Virus record (IMG/VR): IMGVR_UViG_3300045988_049142
Location: 1 to 44,384 of that record
Length of the DNA stretch: 44,384 nt
DNA from: a virus
Direction: 5' to 3' (one strand)
Shown here one piece after another: positions 5,658 to 13,762 of the stretch; the first letter of the stretch is position 1, and the number at the start of each line of letters is the position of its first letter. Below the pieces are notes generated by a model. The model was not told where the DNA came from and did no database searches. It saw only the letters and a program-made list of their open reading frames with translations. The translations under genes and the position numbers were made by a program.

Positions 5658-7514
5658 TCATTTCTCCCCAAACCACTTTTTCGTCACCGCAATGGGAAAC
5701 GGCTCGATTTCGCTTGCCCACCGCGCCGTGCCTTTGCCGTGTATGCGCTCCCAGATCAGCGGGAAACCTGCGATGCCGTCAAACAAGCTCCCCAGCGTCG
5801 CGCCCTCCGGCAGATACCGCGCCATGCGCCGCAGCATCCAGTCCCAGAAGGGCAGGGCGATGGAGTTGCCCAGTGCCTTGTACCGTGGGCTGTCCGCGTC
5901 CTTGTGCTTCTTTCCCTTTTCGTCCGTCCACTCGCCGATATCCGTCCAGTGATCGGGGAATCCTTGCAGCCGCTCGCACTCCATCGGCGTCAGGCGGCGC
6001 ACGACCATGTTCTGCCGGACTGTATTATTCAAGTTCAGGCTTTGCCCGCCGCTTTCTTTCGCTTGAAGCGTGCCGTTTACCTCTCCGCCCTCTCGGAAAT
6101 TGCGGCAGTCTACGCTTGCGACATACGCTGCCATATCTGCGCGGTATGGGTCGTTTCCTTTTTCCCTTAGAGATGGGGATATTTCGCTCGACACTACCAG
6201 CATATCGTTGTATGCGTCCTGCCCGTTGTAGCTCCCAGCATGAGCGCCGGGGGAAAGCGTACCCGTCACATCTTGGTATGTAAGCGGCACTTGATTGCCG
6301 CCTGTTCCCATTCGTGCCTGCAGGCTTGGTACCTGCTCCCCGTACTCGCGGATGACGTCGCAGGCGTGTGTCATGTCCAGTGCCACCACTGGGGCAACCA
6401 CAGCTGGCTTATTCCCGCCGCACTCGGCGTTCAGTGTAGGGGACAGCTCCTCCTGATAGCCGATGCTCCGTGCCTGTTCACTGTTGCCCAGTTTAAACCC
6501 AGCACACAATACGCTGTCCCGCGCCATGCCGCCGTTCTCGTTGGCATTCAGACTGTGCCATACGCCATCCTGATCGTACACCCTTGCGCTCTGCGCATCC
6601 CAAGGATTCATGCACATTACTCCGTGGCGGTCACCAGCGGTCAGCGTGGGGGACGGGTCACCCTCTTTGCCGATTCCAAGACCATTGCCGCTGCCATCGT
6701 GGTTGCGACTTTCGCCACCGCCCTGCCATCTGGTGGCTTTGTCGTTGATGGGGATAGCCACAAATATGGCAGGATTGTTCACACCACCGCCAACACCGCC
6801 TTGCAGTGTGGGGGATTTTCCGTTTATGTTAAAAATACGCTTGCTTTGGCAATCCCAAGCCGTCATGCAGTCCCCGACTGCCGGATTAAAACCGCTTTCA
6901 GTAGCTTCGGCAAATCCTTCCCCCGCCGTTCCGCTCTCCGCAAGATGCCCAGACACGCTTTCGCGCTCAAATTGTATTTGGGCAGCGGATTCACCTCCAA
7001 AATCTGCGACAACCGAGATTCTTCGGCGACGCTGTGGGGTCCCCAGACGGATAACATCTCCTGTACGGCTGTCTCGGATGGTTTTTCCCCAGTCCTTAGC
7101 GTCGTGAGTTCGCCAAGCGATAGACCACCCATCACCGTCAATGGCTCCTGCTTTTGTCCATTTCCACTTTTCCGGCAGTCCAGATAAAGAAAATCCTGGT
7201 TCTGCGATACGCGCAATTTCTTCCAGCACGGCTGCGAAGTCTTTTCCTCTATTGCTGCTGAATGCTCCGACAACGTTCTCCCAAACGAGAAACCGAGGTC
7301 GAACCATGTCACCTGTCCGTCCATTCCGTTTGTCCTCCGCTCTCATTTCTTTTACGATGCGCACCTGCTCCATAAACAGGCCGCTTCGCGCTCCCGCCAA
7401 ACCGGCGCGTTTCCCGGCGATGGATAGATCCTGACACGGGCTGCCGCCCGTCACCACCCACACCGGCTCGATCTCCGCACCGTTTATCTTGCAGACGTCT
7501 CCCAAATGAACCAT
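5658..7514 (-). CDS. DNA (cytosine-5)-methyltransferase, circularly permuted, with an expanded target-recognition region
   Basis: 618 aa. Motif III HLGDV, IV GGSPCQDLS, VI LVWENV, VIII QRRRR, IX RRLTPMECERLQGFPD, X GNSIALP. Motifs I (LGSLFDGIAGF) and II (WASEIE) follow at the extreme C-terminus. Confidence 0.85.
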   Translation of the reverse strand: MVHLGDVCKINGAEIEPVWVVTGGSPCQDLSIAGKRAGLAGARSGLFMEQVRIVKEMRAEDKRNGRTGDMVRPRFLVWENVVGAFSSNRGKDFAAVLEEIARIAEPGFSLSGLPEKWKWTKAGAIDGDGWSIAWRTHDAKDWGKTIRDSRTGDVIRLGTPQRRRRISVVADFGGESAAQIQFERESVSGHLAESGTAGEGFAEATESGFNPAVGDCMTAWDCQSKRIFNINGKSPTLQGGVGGGVNNPAIFVAIPINDKATRWQGGGESRNHDGSGNGLGIGKEGDPSPTLTAGDRHGVMCMNPWDAQSARVYDQDGVWHSLNANENGGMARDSVLCAGFKLGNSEQARSIGYQEELSPTLNAECGGNKPAVVAPVVALDMTHACDVIREYGEQVPSLQARMGTGGNQVPLTYQDVTGTLSPGAHAGSYNGQDAYNDMLVVSSEISPSLREKGNDPYRADMAAYVASVDCRNFREGGEVNGTLQAKESGGQSLNLNNTVRQNMVVRRLTPMECERLQGFPDHWTDIGEWTDEKGKKHKDADSPRYKALGNSIALPFWDWMLRRMARYLPEGATLGSLFDGIAGFPLIWERIHGKGTARWASEIEPFPIAVTKKWFGEK

Positions 7515-7517
7515 GTC

Positions 7518-7655
7518 TCAACCTCCAAACACCACGCCGCACTCGTCCTTCGGCACCATCGCCACGTTGCCCATAGTATCTTGCGTGCCGTGCAACTTGC
7601 CCAGCATGTAAGCCTGTTTCGGGTTATTGGACAGCGGTCTCCCGTTAACTTTCAT
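7518..7655 (-). CDS. Possible 45-aa protein
   Basis: An internal ATG of the 7518-8003 ORF with GGAAGGG upstream. Its stop is 1 nt before the MTase start. The start choice is uncertain. Confidence 0.3.
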   Translation of the reverse strand: MKVNGRPLSNNPKQAYMLGKLHGTQDTMGNVAMVPKDECGVVFGG

Positions 7656-8007
7656 CGCTGTCACCGCCCTTCCGTTCGCCGCTGCTACAAAAACCATCAG
7701 GCAGCATTCTATATTCCTCGTCGTATAGGATTCTCCGGGTACACCATCCGGCTTTAACGTGTTTGCCATCAACAAAAAGCGACGTCCTTCCGTAATGCTG
7801 AAAGTATTTGCAATCCCGGCACCGCACCACTTCGACAAGCTGACCGCTTTCGACCTTCTTCTGCAACAAAATGAATTCATTCGTGGCGTACATTCTGCCT
7901 TTTGCGGCTTCATGCGCCATGTCAGCCATCGGGCATGGCTCTGTACAACAGTTGCACCGCTTGCGGATTGCCTCCATCGCATCCGCTCTCTTGATGTACG
8001 CATCCAT
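7645..8007 (-). CDS. Cys-rich phage hypothetical protein (120 aa)
   Basis: Start at ATG 8007 with RBS GGAGGG. CxxC pairs (CNCC, CRDC) and a C-terminal ..DGFCSSGERK motif typical of small phage zinc-binding proteins. Confidence 0.65.
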   Translation of the reverse strand: MDAYIKRADAMEAIRKRCNCCTEPCPMADMAHEAAKGRMYATNEFILLQKKVESGQLVEVVRCRDCKYFQHYGRTSLFVDGKHVKAGWCTRRILYDEEYRMLPDGFCSSGERKGGDSDES

Positions 8008-8009
8008 TG

Positions 8010-8507
8010 TCAGCCCTCCAATTTCATGTAGCAGCCCCAAAAGGTCTGCGATCTCTTCCCACTGTGATGACCAAATAAAGTCCGCTGTCCTATCGCTTTC
8101 CAAACTTCGGCGGCAGAGATCTGTGTTTCCGCCCACTTGAAAATCAATACGCCATCGGGTTTAAGCACACGCATACACTCTTCGAAACCGTCGTGGAGCA
8201 TTTTGGGCCAGTTGTTGTCGAGTCGGCCATACTTTTTGGCCAACCATGCGTTTTTTCCAACCTGACGTAGGTGGGGCGGATCCCAGACAACAAGAGCAAA
8301 CGAATTGTCATCAAACGGAAGATCCGTAAAATCGCATTGGATATCGGGGGCAATAATGCAAGATCTCTCGGGCTGACCACTTTCCGATTTCCAAACACCA
8401 TACAGTTCTTCAGCCCGTTTGTCTGCATAAATTGCAGCGGGGTGATTTTTGTTAAACCATATCGTCCGCGATCCGCAGGTTACGTCAAGGATTTTCTTTT
8501 TGCACAT
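8010..8507 (-). CDS. Small SAM-dependent DNA methyltransferase (DPPH motif; N6-adenine or N4-cytosine type)
   Basis: Start at ATG 8507 (TAATG overlap with the upstream gene). Motif I ILDVTCGS, motif IV VVWDPPH. Confidence 0.65.
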   Translation of the reverse strand: MCKKKILDVTCGSRTIWFNKNHPAAIYADKRAEELYGVWKSESGQPERSCIIAPDIQCDFTDLPFDDNSFALVVWDPPHLRQVGKNAWLAKKYGRLDNNWPKMLHDGFEECMRVLKPDGVLIFKWAETQISAAEVWKAIGQRTLFGHHSGKRSQTFWGCYMKLEG

Positions 8508-8755
8508 TATTCCGCCTCCCTCAACATATCTTTGATCTCGTCGATATTTGCCCGGATAATATCCATCGTCACGTCGCTCTGGATGTGGTGTGCAAACACG
8601 GCCTTGTCCGTTGCGTCTGCCCCATAGTACCCCGTAAAGACGTCGCCGTCGGGCGATGTTGCGGCGATGCACAGGCACACGGGGTCAATCCCCGCGATGA
8701 CCTGCAGCGATTCTTCCAGCCATGCCGCATACGGCTGTTTCGTGATGTCGTTCAT
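8507..8755 (-). CDS. Hypothetical protein (82 aa)
   Basis: ATG at 8755 overlaps the stop of the upstream gene. Coupled within the operon. Confidence 0.6.
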   Translation of the reverse strand: MNDITKQPYAAWLEESLQVIAGIDPVCLCIAATSPDGDVFTGYYGADATDKAVFAHHIQSDVTMDIIRANIDEIKDMLREAE

Positions 8756-9114
8756 CACTCCACCTCCTGCAGCCAATACTTGCGTCGGCAGTCGTGACAG
8801 CCGCTCGCATTCTCACGACATTCATCCAAAAGGCTTTTATCAAGATAGCAAGGCGGGACGTCAACAGTTCCGGTGAACGGGTTCATTTTGGCGTTAGGCC
8901 ACTGCTTCAAGAACTCACTCTGCCGCGTCTTGCGCGGATGCTCCTCCGCCCACTTCTCCACAAGTTTTACCATCTTCTGCATTTGATCGACTGTCCCAAA
9001 ATCTATCGGAAACTCCTGCGTAAAGACGCAAAATTCGTTCACATCGCATGTGCTGCAAGGCCCTGCATTGCTGCACATCCGCTTCGCTTCGCTCAAAAAC
9101 TTCACCGCATCCAT
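8755..9114 (-). CDS. Cys-rich phage hypothetical protein (119 aa)
   Basis: ORF in the operon with several CxxC-like pairs. Confidence 0.65.
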   Translation of the reverse strand: MDAVKFLSEAKRMCSNAGPCSTCDVNEFCVFTQEFPIDFGTVDQMQKMVKLVEKWAEEHPRKTRQSEFLKQWPNAKMNPFTGTVDVPPCYLDKSLLDECRENASGCHDCRRKYWLQEVE

Positions 9115-9116
9115 GT

Positions 9117-9308
9117 TTATTCCCCCTTCTCCAGCATGTCCGCCGCCGTTCTCAAGTCATCCGGCAGCATAATCGGAACTTCATAGATATTCGCCTCGGC
9201 CCACTCCGCGTATTCGCGCAGCATCGCAATAAGCCCCTCCCGCGTCGGCTTTTCAGCGATCGCTTCAGCCATTGCGCCCATAAACGTGCGGTCGTCAGTC
9301 AGTCCCAT
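9117..9308 (-). CDS. Hypothetical protein (63 aa), the intact copy of the gene truncated at 4638-4699
   Basis: The ORF overlaps the MTase stop. Its N-terminal 20 codons are repeated at 4638-4699. Confidence 0.6.
   Translation of the reverse strand: MGLTDDRTFMGAMAEAIAEKPTREGLIAMLREYAEWAEANIYEVPIMLPDDLRTAADMLEKGE
9247..9302. repeat. 56-bp perfect direct repeat, copy B (partner 4638-4693)
   Basis: See copy A. Confidence 0.9.
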
Positions 9309-10260
9309 CGCCGACTCCCATCATGTCAAACAAGGAGATTCCATCTGTCGCCTGACTGCCAAGTTCTGCGATTCTCTCCGCCTGTGCGCAGTTTTCAGCG
9401 GCAAGCCGGAAATAACTGGCTTTCAGTTCCACGCCAATATGTCTGCGTCCCATCAAAATGGACTGGTATCCGGTGGAGCCAATGCCGTCAAACGGGTCCA
9501 GCACAATGTCGCCGGGGTTGCTCCACAGTTCCACGCACCGCTCGATTACTGGAAGCTGCAACGGGCAGATGTGCCGTTCGTCCTTTTCTTCCTTCGCCGC
9601 TTTGCGGTTGAGTGTGTCACTCTGATTGATGTCCCACCATGTGGGGGATGCGTATTCCTCCCAGATCGGGGACGCTACCTGTTGCCACTTGGATACAGGA
9701 TAAGTGCTATCCGTGTGAGAAACTCTCTCCGGATTGTCCCCAGGCTTGCGGAATGTCACGACATAGTCCGGGATGCCCATCCGGCTCATACAGGAGTCTT
9801 TCTTTATCTGCTTATGCAGCAGCCCCAACGCCTTGGTGCGCTGCATGGCCGTCACGGGATTCTTCCAGATGCATACTTCGCTATGGTAAATAAATCCCAG
9901 CGACTGCATCCAGCGGATCACATCGCCCCGGAAATCCCGGATGCCGATATATCCGTCCCGCTCCTTGCTGGTAGGGAGGTTCATGCAGTGGATGCTTACA
10001 TTCCGCCCCGGCATCATTACGCGATACCATTCGCGCCCTAAGTACATGTACTGTTCGGCGAACTCTTCGTAGCTCCGGCAGTTGCCCATATCCCGATCGC
10101 TGTTGGAGTATGTATACAAACTGGCAAACGGAATAGAGGTCACAGAATAGTGGATGCTGTTGTCGGGGATTCCTTTCAGCACCTCGCAACTGTCTCCGTT
10201 ATAAACCGCATATCTGCGGCCAATGGCCTGGTCTAACACATTCATGCGCTTATCACCCAT
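9295..10260 (-). CDS. DNA methyltransferase, N6/N4 beta-class (motif IV before motif I)
   Basis: 321 aa, motif IV-like TSIPFASLY, motif I VLDPFDGIGSTG. An alternative ATG at 10245 forms an ATGA overlap with the helicase stop. Confidence 0.8.
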   Translation of the reverse strand: MGDKRMNVLDQAIGRRYAVYNGDSCEVLKGIPDNSIHYSVTSIPFASLYTYSNSDRDMGNCRSYEEFAEQYMYLGREWYRVMMPGRNVSIHCMNLPTSKERDGYIGIRDFRGDVIRWMQSLGFIYHSEVCIWKNPVTAMQRTKALGLLHKQIKKDSCMSRMGIPDYVVTFRKPGDNPERVSHTDSTYPVSKWQQVASPIWEEYASPTWWDINQSDTLNRKAAKEEKDERHICPLQLPVIERCVELWSNPGDIVLDPFDGIGSTGYQSILMGRRHIGVELKASYFRLAAENCAQAERIAELGSQATDGISLFDMMGVGDGTD

Positions 10261-11687
10261 TCCGGGACAATCATCGCGATTTGCGGGTTGTACGGAATCA
10301 CGATTCTTTCTTGCTCCCGAAGGTCCTTTCTCAAAATTTCCTTGGTGTACTTCACCATGTTCTGCTTCATGTCTGTGGCCTGTTGCTCTTTGCGCTCAAC
10401 ATTGGCCTTTACCGCACCTTCTGCCGCCGATGTGACAATGTGGACGTTTACGGGCCGTTCCTGCCCAAATCGGTAACACCTGCGAATTGCCTGATACATT
10501 TGCTCGTAGCTGTCGGACAGCCCCACAAAAATCATGTTGTGGCACTGCTGCCAGTTCATTCCAAACCCGGCAATTGATGGCTTCGTGACCAATACGCGCA
10601 GGGATCCATTTGCAAAGCGGATCAGCGCATCTTCCTTCGCCTCCGGTTTATCGCTGCCGCGTACCTCCTCGCTGTTGGGGATAATTTCGGCCAGCAGCTC
10701 GCTTTCTGCGTTCAGGTCGCACCAGCACACCCACTGCTCATCTGGATCTTGCGCGATGATCTCCGCCGCCTTTTCACATCGCTCCCGCAGACTGGCCCGC
10801 CGCGCATCCCTCCGCTCCGTGAGCGTTTTCGCAATCTCTCTGCCAAACAAGCTATACTCGCCATCGGCTTTTACTTCCACGATATGCTCCGCCATGTTCA
10901 GGGGCGGGAGTATATACCCATCGTTTGGGTATCCCAAATCACCCGGGCAAGTCAGCACCACAGCCCAGGTTGACACCCACTCCCAAAAACGCACTTCTGC
11001 ATGGCCCTTGAGCCGCCATTTGCTGGTGTCGCTGCCGTCGTGGATAAAGTAAGTCGCCAGCATCTCTGTGCGGCTCATAATGCCGAGGAACTCCACTTGG
11101 TTTCCAAGCTCCATATAATCATTGGGTGAAGGGGTAGCCGTGCAGGAAAGCCGGTAAGGCGTGTCCCTGAACATCTCAATGATCTGGTTCCGCATCTTGC
11201 CGGTGTAATTCTTCAGAATGCTGGATTCGTCCAACACCACGCCCGCAAAGGTACTCCCATCAAAGTGCTGCAGCATCTCGTAGTTCGTGATGTTGATCCC
11301 CGGCATCACATCAGCCTGCGTCCGGCAAATTGCGGCAGAATACCCGAACTTCTGCGCCTCTCGCAGCGTCTGCGCACCCACCGTCAGCGGGGCCACAATC
11401 AGCACAGGCTTCCCCTCGCGTCTTGCCACCTGATCGGCAAATTCCAGCTGCTGGATAGTTTTCCCGTTGCCGCACTCCTCGAACAAAGCTGCGCGGCCCT
11501 TCCGCAGTGCCCACCGGGTAATGTCCTTCTGCCACTCGAACATGTGTTGATTCATGGACGACCTGTCCACCTCGAACCCGCAGGGCGGCGGGATGTGCTG
11601 CTTGCTGGCAAGAAAGTCCTCGTATTTTACCATATACTGATAACCGCGGCAGCTGAGATTTTTGTCAAACCCTTCATATGCTTTCAT
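10242..11687 (-). CDS. SNF2-family DEAD/DEAH-box helicase
   Basis: 481 aa, Walker A GNGKT, motif II VLDESS, C-terminal helicase domain (LVTKPSIAGFGMNWQ, QAIRRCYRFGQ). Confidence 0.85.
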   Translation of the reverse strand: MKAYEGFDKNLSCRGYQYMVKYEDFLASKQHIPPPCGFEVDRSSMNQHMFEWQKDITRWALRKGRAALFEECGNGKTIQQLEFADQVARREGKPVLIVAPLTVGAQTLREAQKFGYSAAICRTQADVMPGINITNYEMLQHFDGSTFAGVVLDESSILKNYTGKMRNQIIEMFRDTPYRLSCTATPSPNDYMELGNQVEFLGIMSRTEMLATYFIHDGSDTSKWRLKGHAEVRFWEWVSTWAVVLTCPGDLGYPNDGYILPPLNMAEHIVEVKADGEYSLFGREIAKTLTERRDARRASLRERCEKAAEIIAQDPDEQWVCWCDLNAESELLAEIIPNSEEVRGSDKPEAKEDALIRFANGSLRVLVTKPSIAGFGMNWQQCHNMIFVGLSDSYEQMYQAIRRCYRFGQERPVNVHIVTSAAEGAVKANVERKEQQATDMKQNMVKYTKEILRKDLREQERIVIPYNPQIAMIVPEWVISA

Positions 11688-11851
11688 TTTTTACTCTCCT
11701 TTATCATTTTCACGACGGTGGGCCACGCCGCTTTAAACCATTTTCCCCAGCGGCGGCATACGCGCCCGTTATCATGGCAAACCGGCTCACGCGGGCAAAC
11801 CGCGCACGGGGACTGGGGGACGGGGGACTGCGCGTCTGCGTGGATCACCAT
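11684..11851 (-). CDS. Small Cys-rich hypothetical protein (55 aa)
   Basis: ATG 11851 with RBS GGAGGTG 5 nt upstream. Overlaps its neighbours. Confidence 0.5.
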   Translation of the reverse strand: MVIHADAQSPVPQSPCAVCPREPVCHDNGRVCRRWGKWFKAAWPTVVKMIKESKK

Positions 11852-12219
11852 TGCGTCACCTCCACCTTGATAGATCCACCATGCCACACCTCATGCGTGA
11901 CGCGGCGCACCCACCGCCGGTTATCGTCCGGCAGGATCCAGCCTTTTAGGGCGTCGACGATTGCCTTGCCGATGACGGCATGGTTGTCGATATCGAGGCG
12001 ATCGTCCCACAAAAACCGGATTGATACCGGAGCAGACGTCAGGCGACGCGGGATACCGGCTTTGCGCAGCGCTGCATGGGTGATTGCGTGCAGCTCCTCC
12101 GCATCGCGCTTGCGCTGTTGCCAGCACTTGCCGGCGTAGTAGGCATTTAACCCGTAGCGCTTGTTCCACGCGGCCTTCCCGCGCTGCGTCGGCGGGTATT
12201 GGATTGTAAACTCGGTCAT
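11845..12219 (-). CDS. rusA: RusA-like Holliday-junction resolvase
   Basis: 124 aa, with DIDNHAVIGKAIVDALKGWILPDDN matching the RusA acidic catalytic signature. Confidence 0.6.
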   Translation of the reverse strand: MTEFTIQYPPTQRGKAAWNKRYGLNAYYAGKCWQQRKRDAEELHAITHAALRKAGIPRRLTSAPVSIRFLWDDRLDIDNHAVIGKAIVDALKGWILPDDNRRWVRRVTHEVWHGGSIKVEVTQW

Positions 12220-12860
12220 ATGTCACCCCATGTCATGTATTTTTCCAGACTCGCGCCCGCGTAATTGCAGTCCGGCAGGCCCCGGATTTTAGGCGGCGGA
12301 GATTTGGCGAGGCGGTCAAAAATGATCCCCTGCCAATTGCTGGACATGCACTTGTTGATCAAGTCGACCACGGCCTGATCCCCGTACTTCTCGGCATTGT
12401 GCCGGATCTCGGAGACGAGGGCGCGTAACCCCTCCGGTTTGTAGGATTGATTTTTTTCCGCCTTGTACCGGAGCCACGCTTCCGTAGCGCTCCGGAGCGC
12501 CGGAGAGAGGCGGGCAAGATCTGGGGGCGGCGGTCGACTCACGGGCTTTTTCTGCGGTGGCGGATCTGCCTTTACCGGCTCTTGCTTAATAGGCTCCGGC
12601 TTTACAGGCTCAGGAGGCTTTTTCGCGGCCTTTCGCCCCCCTGCGCGGCCAGCACTGGCCTTTTTCTGCGCCGCGACAAGCTGCGGCATGATCAGCTCCA
12701 CGGCGACCGCGACGATGGCAGGAAGGGCATCGAGATCCGGCTCCTCCCCAAACAGCGCGAACCGCTGGATCGCGTCGTAAAACGCGCAACGCGCGACCGG
12801 ATCGGTGATCCGGTCGGCGGCGCGGGCGAAAGATATGTGAAATGTAAACTGTTCGCGCAT
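12216..12860 (-). CDS. Phage early protein with Pro/Lys-rich linker (possible replication organiser)
   Basis: 214-aa ORF with two globular parts joined by KKPPEPVKPEPIKQEPVKADPPPQKKP. The function is not established. Confidence 0.6.
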   Translation of the reverse strand: MREQFTFHISFARAADRITDPVARCAFYDAIQRFALFGEEPDLDALPAIVAVAVELIMPQLVAAQKKASAGRAGGRKAAKKPPEPVKPEPIKQEPVKADPPPQKKPVSRPPPPDLARLSPALRSATEAWLRYKAEKNQSYKPEGLRALVSEIRHNAEKYGDQAVVDLINKCMSSNWQGIIFDRLAKSPPPKIRGLPDCNYAGASLEKYMTWGDI

Positions 12861-12869
12861 GTTAACTCC

Positions 12870-13286
12870 TTAAAACGGAATGCCGCTGTCCTCCTCGATC
12901 TCATCAAATCCAGCTGCGGACACGTCTACGGGGCGACCGGCGGGTCGCGGCTTTGAAGCATCTTTTGAGACGGATCCGGCAAAGTATACGCTGTCGGCGG
13001 ACACCTCAACGGCTGTGCGCTTGGATCCGTCCTTTGTCTGATAGGTGCGGGACTGGATCCGCCCCGTTACGATGATCGCATCGCCCTTATGGAAGTACTT
13101 TTCCACAAATTCGGCAGTTGTTCGCCACGCAACGACGTCAATCCAGTCGGTCTCACGCGTACCATCCTGCGACTTGATGTCGCGATCACAGGCGATGCGG
13201 AACGTGCAGACGGCCACGCCGGAGTTAAACCGGCGGATCTCCGGATCGGCGGCAAGCCGACCCATGAGAGACACATGATTAAGCAT
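12870..13286 (-). CDS. ssb: Single-stranded DNA-binding protein
   Basis: Start ATG 13286 (RBS GGGAGGT). OB-fold N-terminus MLNHVSLMGRLAADPE.. and the acidic tail ..EEDSGIPF. Confidence 0.9.
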   Translation of the reverse strand: MLNHVSLMGRLAADPEIRRFNSGVAVCTFRIACDRDIKSQDGTRETDWIDVVAWRTTAEFVEKYFHKGDAIIVTGRIQSRTYQTKDGSKRTAVEVSADSVYFAGSVSKDASKPRPAGRPVDVSAAGFDEIEEDSGIPF

Positions 13287-13747
13287 TTTTACCTCCCTTG
13301 CTGAGCTTATCCTGCTCGGCGAACTTATAGAGCATATGCGCGGCATATGAGATGCCTTGCATCAGCGCGAAATCGTCATCGCCTTTCCGAATGCTGTAGG
13401 CGTGGCGGACTTCCTTCCCGTCGCGGCAGAAGCCGAGACGGACGCGATCATCCGATACGGCCAAATTGAGAGAATACTTATCGGCGGGCTTTTCAGGCGC
13501 GGGAGTCTCCACTTCCCGTGCGAGGAACTCCTCATGCGGGACTCCGGTGACACTGACGAGGAGCGGGTATACCGTCCGCGACCGGGTATACCGTCCGCGA
13601 CAGAGACCCGCGCACAAAGGCATTCTGGAGATAGGACTGCGTGCGCCCCATGCGGCGGGCAAGCTCCGCGAGTGTGATGCCCTCGCGGGCGCAGTAGGCG
13701 CGGATCGCGTCGGGGTTGATGGGGATCATGGATGATGTTTTACTCAT
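13279..13747 (-). pseudogene. HTH-domain early gene split by a 19-bp tandem duplication
   Basis: ORFs 13532-13747 (HTH part) and 13279-13662 join into one ~150-aa frame if one copy of cgggtataccgtccgcgac is removed. Confidence 0.65.
13564..13601. repeat. Perfect tandem duplication, 2 x 19 bp
   Basis: cgggtataccgtccgcgac at 13564-13582 and again at 13583-13601. Confidence 0.95.
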
Positions 13748-13762
13748 GGGCTATTCTCCTTT

